Source of the DNA: Minisyncoccia bacterium
GTDB lineage: Bacteria; Patescibacteriota; Minisyncoccia; Phycocordibacterales; UBA9973
DNA length: 28,356 nt
Reading direction: 5' to 3'
Assembly: GCA_049279095.1 (NCBI GenBank)
Contig: JBAPNK010000022.1
Span: forward strand, 1 to 28,356
Shown: positions 1-7,292 of the stretch, piece after piece
Position numbering within the stretch: position 1 is the stretch's first letter
Layout: each line of letters opens with the position of its first letter
Translations under genes and position numbers: made by a program
The notes under the pieces: model-generated
What the model saw: only the letters and a program-made list of their open reading frames with translations
Told to the model about the DNA's origin: nothing
Database searches by the model: none

Positions 1-49
1 GCAAAGATGTTTTTATTCGCGTTAAAACAGATGAGGATCCTTAAATTTT

Positions 50-436
50 ATGAAAAAAATTGTGAAAAAAACCGAAAAATACAAAAGACCGAGTTGGGAT
101 GAATATTTTTTGAAGATAGTTGACGCGGTCGGCGCGCGCGCCACTTGCGACAAGAGTGGCAGTGGATGTGTGTTGGCAGAGGAAAACAGGATTGTGGCTA
201 CCGGCTACACTGGCTCGCTTTCCGGATTGCCGCATTGCAACGAAGTTGGCCATGATCTAAAAAATAAAGAATGTGTCCGAACTATTCACGCCGAACACAA
301 TGCTATTACTCAGGCATTAAAGTTTGGGATTCTGCTTGAGGGAGCCACAATGTACTGCGAAAGAAAACCTTGCTCGGCCTGCGCCAAAATGGCCAACAGT
401 TTGGGAATCAAAAAAATTATTACGGCGAGTTCTTAA
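50..436 (+). CDS. dCMP deaminase (ComEB-like) family Zn-dependent deaminase
   Basis: RPSWDEYF N-terminus, RATC, ATGY, HAE and PCSAC zinc motifs. Confidence 0.88.
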   Translation: MKKIVKKTEKYKRPSWDEYFLKIVDAVGARATCDKSGSGCVLAEENRIVATGYTGSLSGLPHCNEVGHDLKNKECVRTIHAEHNAITQALKFGILLEGATMYCERKPCSACAKMANSLGIKKIITASS

Positions 437-927
437 AATTTTTCGTAAATTACAAAAGCGTATTTATATAGATTTACATCATCCGGTTCGTGTTCCTCGC
501 GCGATATTTCTTTCCAGCTTGAATCTATCTTTGGAAAAAAAGTGTCCGCTTCTTTGTCTTCGGCGTCTATTTTTGTGATGTAAAGTTTTTGCGCCAAAGG
601 CAAAGCTTGATTATATATTTCCGCTCCGCCAATTATAAAAATCTCTTCATTTTTGTCAAGGTCGAACCTTGACATTTTTAAGGCTTCTTCCAATGAATGC
701 GCAATTTCCGCTCCGTCTTTTTTATAATTCAAATTGCGAGTGATAATAATGTTTCTTCTGTTGGGCAATAGTCTGTCGATTGACTCAAAGGTTTTCCGTC
801 CCATTATCACGGTATGGCCGGTGGTTATTTCCCGGAAATATTTTTGGTCGGTCGGCAAAGGCCAAAGAAGGTTGTTGCCTTTTCCGAGTTCGTTGTTTTT
901 GCCGATGGCGGCGATTAATGAAATCAT
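433..927 (-). CDS. folA: Dihydrofolate reductase
   Basis: ISLIAA..N..LG..N.LLW, VIMGRKTFESI.R.LPNRRNIIITR, IFIIGGAEIY, ADTFFP motifs. Confidence 0.96.
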   Translation of the reverse strand: MISLIAAIGKNNELGKGNNLLWPLPTDQKYFREITTGHTVIMGRKTFESIDRLLPNRRNIIITRNLNYKKDGAEIAHSLEEALKMSRFDLDKNEEIFIIGGAEIYNQALPLAQKLYITKIDAEDKEADTFFPKIDSSWKEISREEHEPDDVNLYKYAFVIYEKF

Positions 928-928
928 A

Positions 929-1777
929 TTATTTGATTATATCAAGACCCAAAATCGGATCACTTGGTTTGTAAAATGGCGCAAAGGCTTCGTAAATTTC
1001 ACTGACTAAATTCTCGTCTTTTTTTTCCGCACGATCAAAAATATTTTCCGGCAATTTTGGAAAAATATTCGGATGATCATTTTTTCTTTTGATTAATTCT
1101 CTTGCTCCATCGTAGTGAATATCGTAAATATGCGCGTTGGAAATGCTGTGAGTGTAGATTCCAGGCTTGACTCCCAGCTTTTGCGCCAGCGCGCACATCA
1201 AAAGACTAAATCCAAAAGTATCAAACGGACATCCAAGCATCATATCGTTGGAACGGACAATATTGTGAAAACAAAGTCGTCCACCGATTATGTTTACCGT
1301 AAAAGCAAAAGGGCAAGGCGCATTTTTTTTATAAGTTGCCTTTAATCCTTTTCCATATAGTCCGTCATCGGCTGGATCCCAAGTTATCACCACTCCCTGC
1401 CGTGAATGCGGTTCTTCTTTCAAATGTTTCACCAACTGATTAAGCTGATCTCGGCCAAAATGATGCCTCCAGCGATAGCCATAAGCCGAAGAGATGGTGC
1501 CGTCTTCCTCAATAAATTCATCCCACATTTTTGTGTATTTTCGCAAAAAATTTGTGTCTTTGTCTCCGGTGATAAACCAAACTTGTTCGGCGATTGGGGA
1601 CTTGATTGGATTTTTACGAAGAGTGAGAATCGGGAAACCTTCTTTTTCAATATCAATTTGAAAAGTTAGACCAGGTAGTATTTTTATTTTATGCCCAGTG
1701 CGTTCGTTTAATTCCTCAATACCTTCGGACATTATTTTTTTAATGAGGTTCTGGTAGATTGTGTCAAAAGTCGTCAT
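929..1777 (-). CDS. thyA: Thymidylate synthase family protein with dCMP-type active site (Asp186 at the E. coli Asn177 position)
   Basis: ERTG, GFPILTLRK, EQVWF, YGYRWR, catalytic Cys in APC, RSND..LG.PFD, NAHIY; 1 nt upstream of folA; substrate specificity uncertain. Confidence 0.9.
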   Translation of the reverse strand: MTTFDTIYQNLIKKIMSEGIEELNERTGHKIKILPGLTFQIDIEKEGFPILTLRKNPIKSPIAEQVWFITGDKDTNFLRKYTKMWDEFIEEDGTISSAYGYRWRHHFGRDQLNQLVKHLKEEPHSRQGVVITWDPADDGLYGKGLKATYKKNAPCPFAFTVNIIGGRLCFHNIVRSNDMMLGCPFDTFGFSLLMCALAQKLGVKPGIYTHSISNAHIYDIHYDGARELIKRKNDHPNIFPKLPENIFDRAEKKDENLVSEIYEAFAPFYKPSDPILGLDIIK

Positions 1778-1801
1778 GTAGTAAAGTATATAATATAAAT
1801 T
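1778..1801. promoter_or_regulatory. Bidirectional promoter with overlapping -10 boxes, leaderless in both directions
   Basis: + TATAAT 1789-1794, 7 nt before ATG 1802; - TATACT (1790-1785), 7 nt before ATG 1777; spacer only 24 bp. Confidence 0.65.
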
Positions 1802-2323
1802 ATGGAAACAAAAGACATCAAATATCCGTATTTGCCAGCAGGAAAAACTATTTTATATGTGCCGGAAAGCAATCCTTTTATAATAGAGGCAAAAAAAACC
1901 GCTTTTGAACAAGCCACAGATAGGAGGTATATTGCAGGGGTTGTAATAGTGCTAGATGGAAAAGTTATTGGACGGGGGGCTTTACATTCAGGAATTAAAA
2001 ATAAAAAGTTAATAGAGCTTCATCAAAAAGGATTGTGTATAAGAAGGATGTTAAAAATAAAATCAGGTCAAAAATACTGGTTGTGTCCCGGATGCGCTGC
2101 ACCTAAAAATCATTCAGAGCCGACAGCTATAAGAAATGCAAAAAAGAATGGGTACAACACAAACGGCGCAGACCTGTATCTTTGGGGGCATTGGTGGTTT
2201 TGCAAGGATTGTTGGGATGCGATGATTTCTGCCGGAATCAAAAATGTGTATTTAATGGCAGATAGTGAGAATCTTTTCAATTTAAGTAGCCCAAAAAATA
2301 TTATTGGTAAACAATTTAAATAA
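1802..2323 (+). CDS. Divergent cytidine/deoxycytidylate deaminase family protein
   Basis: AGVVIVLDGKVIGRG, HSE, GADLYLWGHWWFCKDC (variant of PCxxC), AGIKNVY; Cys-rich insert CIRR..SG...LCPGC. Confidence 0.82.
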   Translation: METKDIKYPYLPAGKTILYVPESNPFIIEAKKTAFEQATDRRYIAGVVIVLDGKVIGRGALHSGIKNKKLIELHQKGLCIRRMLKIKSGQKYWLCPGCAAPKNHSEPTAIRNAKKNGYNTNGADLYLWGHWWFCKDCWDAMISAGIKNVYLMADSENLFNLSSPKNIIGKQFK

Positions 2324-2324
2324 G

Positions 2325-2753
2325 ATGAAAAAGAAACTTTATATTGGATGCAGTTTAACTTTATTACCTCCAGACAAAAAAGAGGAATTCTTGAAGATGA
2401 TTGATGAACTTAAAAAAGAATTAGGGAAACATTTTGAACTTTTGGAATTTTTGGGAATAGGTGATCTTGGAAGCGCCAAACCTTATACCCCGCAAGAAAT
2501 TTATGATTATGATATAAGAAAATGCGTGATGAAAGCGGACTGCATGCTTGCAATTTGCGATTATCCGTCTATTGGTTTAGGTTATGAGATGGCAACATGT
2601 GTAGAAAAAAGAGGTATACCCGTGCTTGCCATAGCGCACAAAGATCAAACAGTGGGCAGAATTATCCGAGGCATAGATCACAAAAATTTTCACTTTGTTT
2701 ACTATAATTCGGTGGAGGAAATAATTGAGAAGACTTTAGAAATTTTGAAATAA
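2325..2753 (+). CDS. Nucleoside 2-deoxyribosyltransferase superfamily, DNPH1/Rcl-like nucleotide N-glycosidase
   Basis: LYIGCSL, IYDYD....ADCMLAICDYPSIGLGYE, PVLAI, IIRG resemble DNPH1 motifs; start moved to ATG 2325, 1 nt after the upstream stop. Confidence 0.75.
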   Translation: MKKKLYIGCSLTLLPPDKKEEFLKMIDELKKELGKHFELLEFLGIGDLGSAKPYTPQEIYDYDIRKCVMKADCMLAICDYPSIGLGYEMATCVEKRGIPVLAIAHKDQTVGRIIRGIDHKNFHFVYYNSVEEIIEKTLEILK

Positions 2754-2759
2754 TAGAAT

Positions 2760-3563
2760 TTAAAGTTGTAAACTTTCTGATAACCACTTTTCTCTAGATT
2801 CCTCAAATTTTGGAATGTTTTTTCTTGTATTTATGTCTAAATTTTCAGCATCTTTAAATATATCATTTATTATTTCTTTATTTTCTTTAAGATAAATAGC
2901 AACTGGTGGATAAATTTTTGCATAATCCAGTAACATTCTGACTTGATCTGGAGTTGCTTCTAGTGCCATCCTTATTAGAGCAATTTTCAATTCTCCGTTT
3001 ACTTTTTTCGACTCATTATAAGCTCTGATACTAGTCCTAACATACCCCACTTTTTCTATGGCATTAAACATTTTTCCCAATTTTGAATCTTTGTTATGTA
3101 CAATTTCATCAATTACAAATTTCATTCGAAAAAAAAGCTTTTCGTCTTGTCCACAAATTTCTCTAATAATTTTTTCTAGATATATTAATTCTTCCCTTTC
3201 ATTTTCTTCAGTTCTAAGATAATAACTTAGATCTCCAGTAATCGCTTCCGCCCAATCGTGCACAGTAGCCGCTAACAGTAAATTTTCTTGTTCTTCTTTG
3301 GTTAATTGTTTTTTTTCATTTAAATATTTTATAAATTGCCGAGTTAGTCCATAAGTGAGTTTTAAATGTTCTAAATTATTTACATCTGCACCAAATAATT
3401 TATTCCACTTTTCATTTGTTGTATTTTCGGGTTTAAATCTCGCCCACCTAATTTGGTCTGACAATTTTTTCCCATATGGAGTTTCGGAAAAATCACGATG
3501 GATTTTACCAAAATTAACTTCTTCAGAATCCAATTCTATTTTTGTCGGTATTTGATTTTCCAT
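2760..3563 (-). CDS. HD-domain phosphohydrolase (YfbR/5'-deoxynucleotidase-like)
   Basis: IRW, NNLEH, AATVHDWAEAITGD motifs; TG-extended TATACT 6 nt upstream of the ATG. Confidence 0.75.
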   Translation of the reverse strand: MENQIPTKIELDSEEVNFGKIHRDFSETPYGKKLSDQIRWARFKPENTTNEKWNKLFGADVNNLEHLKLTYGLTRQFIKYLNEKKQLTKEEQENLLLAATVHDWAEAITGDLSYYLRTEENEREELIYLEKIIREICGQDEKLFFRMKFVIDEIVHNKDSKLGKMFNAIEKVGYVRTSIRAYNESKKVNGELKIALIRMALEATPDQVRMLLDYAKIYPPVAIYLKENKEIINDIFKDAENLDINTRKNIPKFEESREKWLSESLQL

Positions 3564-3664
3564 ATTTCCAGTATATCATTTTAGAAAAAATTATAAAACA
3601 ACTGATTAATAATTTGATCCATTTATTCATTTACAAAATAAAATTGGCTTGTTATACTATATTT

Positions 3665-4003
3665 ATGAATAAGGACGAAGAGAAAGAAATAACCAATCAA
3701 GAATTGCTTGACGCGATGAATCGAGGTTTTTCGAGGATTGAAGAGAAAATGGCAACTAAAGAAGAACTTGCTGGTGTTAAGATAGAACTCAAATCAGATA
3801 TATCTTCACTCAAAACCGATGTTGCGCAAATCAAAACTGACCTACAAAGCTTCAAAACAGAAACTCGAGAAAACTTTGAAAAATTATCAAAAGATATTAA
3901 AGAAAACGAAGAAAGTATCGGTATGGTAGTTGCAGATTATCATCCTCACATTGTAGCGCTCGAGGAAAAAGTTTTCGGTCATTCGACTCTCGCGGAAGTC
4001 TAA
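3665..4003 (+). CDS. Hypothetical coiled-coil protein
   Basis: MATKEEL followed by a heptad pattern; ATG 3665 lies just after a TATACT -10 box. Confidence 0.7.
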   Translation: MNKDEEKEITNQELLDAMNRGFSRIEEKMATKEELAGVKIELKSDISSLKTDVAQIKTDLQSFKTETRENFEKLSKDIKENEESIGMVVADYHPHIVALEEKVFGHSTLAEV

Positions 4004-4010
4004 AAAAATA

Positions 4011-4039
4011 TTGACAAAATAATCAAACAATGCTACTCT
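4011..4039 (+). promoter_or_regulatory. Sigma70 promoter of the DEAD-box helicase
   Basis: TTGACA-17 nt-TACTCT with extended TG. Confidence 0.7.
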
Positions 4040-4081
4040 TAAAACATCATTCTCATCTAAGCATATTGGGAGTGACCCAAT

Positions 4082-5374
4082 ATGTACAAAACTAATTCGG
4101 CTCATCCGAAGAAATTCGGCAGCCATACTTCTACTTTTCGGGCTAAACCTCGTTTCGGTAGCGGAAAATTTAATAGTTCTAAACTTAGTTTTAGGGGTGG
4201 ACGACCATCTGGCAATAAACGATCTCGCGGCGAACGGATTGATTTTTCCCGTTTCATAAAAAAGGGAACAATGATTGAGGAAAAGCCCTATGTTTCCAAA
4301 CACAGTTTTGCAGATTTTCCTTTTCATCCGCAGCTCCATAAAAATATTACGCGAGCTGGCTTTACAAACCCAAGACCGATTCAAGATCAGGCCATTCCTA
4401 CGGTGATGGACGGCAGGGATGTTTTCGGCATGGCCAACACCGGCACCGGCAAGACGGCGGCTTTTCTGCTTCCTTTGATCGAAAAAATTGCCAAAACCAA
4501 AGGGCAGAATAAACGGGAAACGGTTTTGATAATGGCGCCGACTCGTGAGCTGGCGCTTCAGATTGAATCCGATTTCAAAAATCTGGCTTTTGGTTTCGGA
4601 ATGTTTTCCGTCGCTTGTGTCGGTGGTCTACCGATTATGAAACAAATTCGGGAAATAAAAATGGGAGTTTCTTTTGTCATTGGCACGCCGGGACGGTTGC
4701 GTGACTTGCTTGATAAAAAAGTTTTGGATTTGGCGACTTGCCATAGCGTGGTGCTCGACGAAGCGGACCGGATGCTCGATATGGGTTTTCGCGATGATAT
4801 GGTTTATATCATCGGCAAAACTCACAAAGAACGGCAAACGCTTTTCTTTTCGGCAACGCTTTCTCCGGAAATTAAAAAACTGACCGAGCAGTATTTGAAA
4901 AATCCGATTTTTATTTCAGTCGTCACCGGCGAGACCTTGAAAAATATCGATCAAGACATTGTTCGCGCCAGAAGCAAAGAAGATAAATTAGAGAAACTTC
5001 ACGAAGTTTTGAAAAAAGGCCTGCCCGCCAATTCAGGGGCGGGAGGGTTTCCGATGAAAACTCTGATTTTCCGCGAGATGAAACATTCCGTGGATTCTTT
5101 GGCTAAAGAATTGTCTCAATTTGGATTTAAAGTCGGCGGGATTCACGGCGACAAAAGAAGCCGCGAGCGTATTCGCATTTTAGATTCGTTTAAAAAAGAT
5201 CAAATAAATATCTTGATAGCCACCGACGTAGCGGCAAGGGGACTAGACATTCCGGATGTGACGCATGTAATAAATTACGATGTCCCGCAAACTTACGATA
5301 CTTATGTGCACCGTATCGGCCGCACCGGCCGTTCCGGCAAAAAGGGTACAGCTTTAACTTTCGTGCCGGGGTAA
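4082..5374 (+). CDS. DEAD-box ATP-dependent RNA helicase
   Basis: Q motif (PIQ), ANTGTGKT, PTRELA, TPGR, DEAD, SAT, ARGLD, HRIGRTGR; basic N-terminal tail. Confidence 0.97.
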   Translation: MYKTNSAHPKKFGSHTSTFRAKPRFGSGKFNSSKLSFRGGRPSGNKRSRGERIDFSRFIKKGTMIEEKPYVSKHSFADFPFHPQLHKNITRAGFTNPRPIQDQAIPTVMDGRDVFGMANTGTGKTAAFLLPLIEKIAKTKGQNKRETVLIMAPTRELALQIESDFKNLAFGFGMFSVACVGGLPIMKQIREIKMGVSFVIGTPGRLRDLLDKKVLDLATCHSVVLDEADRMLDMGFRDDMVYIIGKTHKERQTLFFSATLSPEIKKLTEQYLKNPIFISVVTGETLKNIDQDIVRARSKEDKLEKLHEVLKKGLPANSGAGGFPMKTLIFREMKHSVDSLAKELSQFGFKVGGIHGDKRSRERIRILDSFKKDQINILIATDVAARGLDIPDVTHVINYDVPQTYDTYVHRIGRTGRSGKKGTALTFVPG

Positions 5375-5405
5375 AAACCTGCAAGGCAAGACCTTGCAGG
5401 TTTTT
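5373..5405. terminator. Bidirectional intrinsic terminator between convergent helicase and rpmB
   Basis: AAAAACCTGCAAGG-CAAGA-CCTTGCAGGTTTTT perfect inverted repeat. Confidence 0.8.
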
Positions 5406-5652
5406 ATGCTTTTACCAATCCCGCTTTTTTGAGGGTGGCATAGATGCCGTTCTTTTTCATGGTGCGCATTCCGCGAGCGCTGACTTCAATGTTGACCGTT
5501 TTATTCAGTTCCGGCACAAAAATTCTTTTCTTTTGCAGATTTGGATATTTACGGACCCGGCCGGTAGGGTTGAACTTGGTGGCGCGAGTGCGATTGGAAT
5601 AGCCGCCTCCGACAATGGAACTTTTTTTGGTTATCGCGCAGATTTTTTTCAT
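5404..5652 (-). CDS. rpmB: 50S ribosomal protein L28
   Basis: MKKICAIT.K....G, R..PNLQKKRIFVPE, VSARGMRT; start moved to ATG 5652. Confidence 0.9.
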   Translation of the reverse strand: MKKICAITKKSSIVGGGYSNRTRATKFNPTGRVRKYPNLQKKRIFVPELNKTVNIEVSARGMRTMKKNGIYATLKKAGLVKA

Positions 5653-5681
5653 AACGGAATGTATGCTATCATAAAAATTGT

Positions 5682-6314
5682 ATGGACGCAACCAGCGCGA
5701 TTTTTTATATTTTGATATTGATTATGTCGGTGGTGATTCACGAAGTCTCGCACGGCTTTATGGCGGAGAATTTCGGCGATGACACTGCCCGCAACGCCGG
5801 ACGATTGACCTTAAATCCCTTGCCGCATCTGGATCTTTTCGGCTCGATTTTACTTCCGGCGTTTTTGGTGCTGGTGCATTCGCCTTTTATGTTCGGCTGG
5901 GCCAAGCCAGTGCCTTACAATCCGAATAATTTAAGCAACAAAAAATGGGGCACGCTCGCGGTGGCATCCGCCGGTGTGCTCGCCAATTTTTTAATCGCCG
6001 GCGTTTTCGGTTTGATTATCCGTTTTGCGCCATTCGTTTTACCGAGCGCCATTTTATCCGCGAATTTTTATTTCATCCTTTCCGCCATCGTGGTGGTGAA
6101 TTTGGCTTTGGGAATTTTTAACTTGGTGCCGATCCCGCCGCTCGACGGTTCCAAAATCCTTTTTTCTTTTTTGCCGGAAAAAGCTTTTTCGTTCATGATC
6201 GCCTATGAGCGCTACGCGTTAATTTTATTGCTGATTTTTATTTTTTTCTTTTCCGATTACTTGTATCCGATTTTGGCTTTTCTATTTCATCTGGTAACCG
6301 GATTGGCTTTGTAA
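5682..6314 (+). CDS. Site-2 protease family (M50) membrane metalloprotease
   Basis: HEVSH, GRLTLNPLPH, GWAKPVP, FNLVPIPPLDGSK; hydrophobic segments. Confidence 0.95.
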   Translation: MDATSAIFYILILIMSVVIHEVSHGFMAENFGDDTARNAGRLTLNPLPHLDLFGSILLPAFLVLVHSPFMFGWAKPVPYNPNNLSNKKWGTLAVASAGVLANFLIAGVFGLIIRFAPFVLPSAILSANFYFILSAIVVVNLALGIFNLVPIPPLDGSKILFSFLPEKAFSFMIAYERYALILLLIFIFFFSDYLYPILAFLFHLVTGLAL

Positions 6315-6317
6315 TGT

Positions 6318-6370
6318 TTGCAATTTTCCAAACAATATAGTATATTCCCAACATAGTCCTATGGGACTAT
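6318..6370 (+). promoter_or_regulatory. str operon promoter and 5' hairpin
   Basis: TTGCAA-17-TATATT (6341-6346); ATAGTCC-TATG-GGACTAT hairpin from the predicted +1 at 6353. Confidence 0.6.
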
Positions 6371-6380
6371 TTTATTTACT

Positions 6381-6806
6381 ATGCCAACCATCAATCAATT
6401 AATCAAAAAAAACAGAGTGAAAGTTCACTCCAAACACAAGACCGTCGCTTTGGCGCGCGGTTTTAATGTTCTAAAAAACCGGCCGGTGTTTTTTCCGGCT
6501 CCTTTTAAGCGTGGCGTGTGCGTGAAAGTTTCCACCACGACTCCCAAGAAGCCAAACTCCGCTTTGCGAAAAATTGCGCGCGTGCGTTTGACCAACGGAA
6601 TGGAAGTGACCGCTTATATTCCCGGCGAAGGACATAATCTGCAAGAACACTCGGTGGTCTTATTGCGCGGGGGACGGGTTAAAGATTTGATCGGAGTCCG
6701 GTATCATATCGTGCGCGGGGTGCTTGATACACAAGGAGTGGAAAAACGCCGACAAGGCCGTTCGCTTTATGGGAACAAGAAACCTCGGGCAGATAAAAAG
6801 AAATAA
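6381..6806 (+). CDS. rpsL: 30S ribosomal protein S12
   Basis: [33 protein letters not shown]. Confidence 0.99.
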   Translation: MPTINQLIKKNRVKVHSKHKTVALARGFNVLKNRPVFFPAPFKRGVCVKVSTTTPKKPNSALRKIARVRLTNGMEVTAYIPGEGHNLQEHSVVLLRGGRVKDLIGVRYHIVRGVLDTQGVEKRRQGRSLYGNKKPRADKKK

Positions 6807-6812
6807 AAATTT

Positions 6813-7283
6813 ATGCGACGCAAAATAAAAAATAAAAATATTGTCCAGCCCGATTTCATTTACAATTCTCAAAAATTGGAGAAATTTATAAATTATATTA
6901 TGTGGTCCGGCAAAAAAGAAACGGCGCGCAAGGTTATGTATGCGTCTTTTGATATCATTAAAGAAAAAACCGGCAATGCCAATCCGCTCGAAATTTTTGA
7001 TCTGGCTTTGAAAAATGCCGGGCCGCTCACGGAAGTGCGTTCCAAACGGATCGGCGGCGCCAATTATCAGATTCCGGTCGAGGTTCGCCCGGAACGACGA
7101 GTTGCGCTCTCGATGCGCTGGATTCGCGATGCGGCGCGCGGCGGCAAAGGCAAACCGATGCACATTAAACTCGCCGACGAACTAATTGCCGCTTCCAAAA
7201 ACGAAGGTTCCGCGATTAAAAAGAAAGAAGACACGCACAAAATGGCTGAAGCCAACAAAGCCTTCGCGCATTTTGCTTGGTAA
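6813..7283 (+). CDS. rpsG: 30S ribosomal protein S7
   Basis: GGANYQIPVEV, HKMAEANKAFAHF. Confidence 0.99.
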   Translation: MRRKIKNKNIVQPDFIYNSQKLEKFINYIMWSGKKETARKVMYASFDIIKEKTGNANPLEIFDLALKNAGPLTEVRSKRIGGANYQIPVEVRPERRVALSMRWIRDAARGGKGKPMHIKLADELIAASKNEGSAIKKKEDTHKMAEANKAFAHFAW

Positions 7284-7292
7284 GTTATATTT

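Noticed and set aside
1..44. Possible 3' end of an upstream gene (KDVFIRVKTDEDP*)
   Set aside because: Only 13 codons visible; cannot be identified
3542..3664. Upstream extensions in the ORF track (also at 2304, 5691, 9474, 18917, 21072, 27409)
   Set aside because: They run through promoters or neighbouring genes; downstream ATGs match family N-termini or -10 spacing
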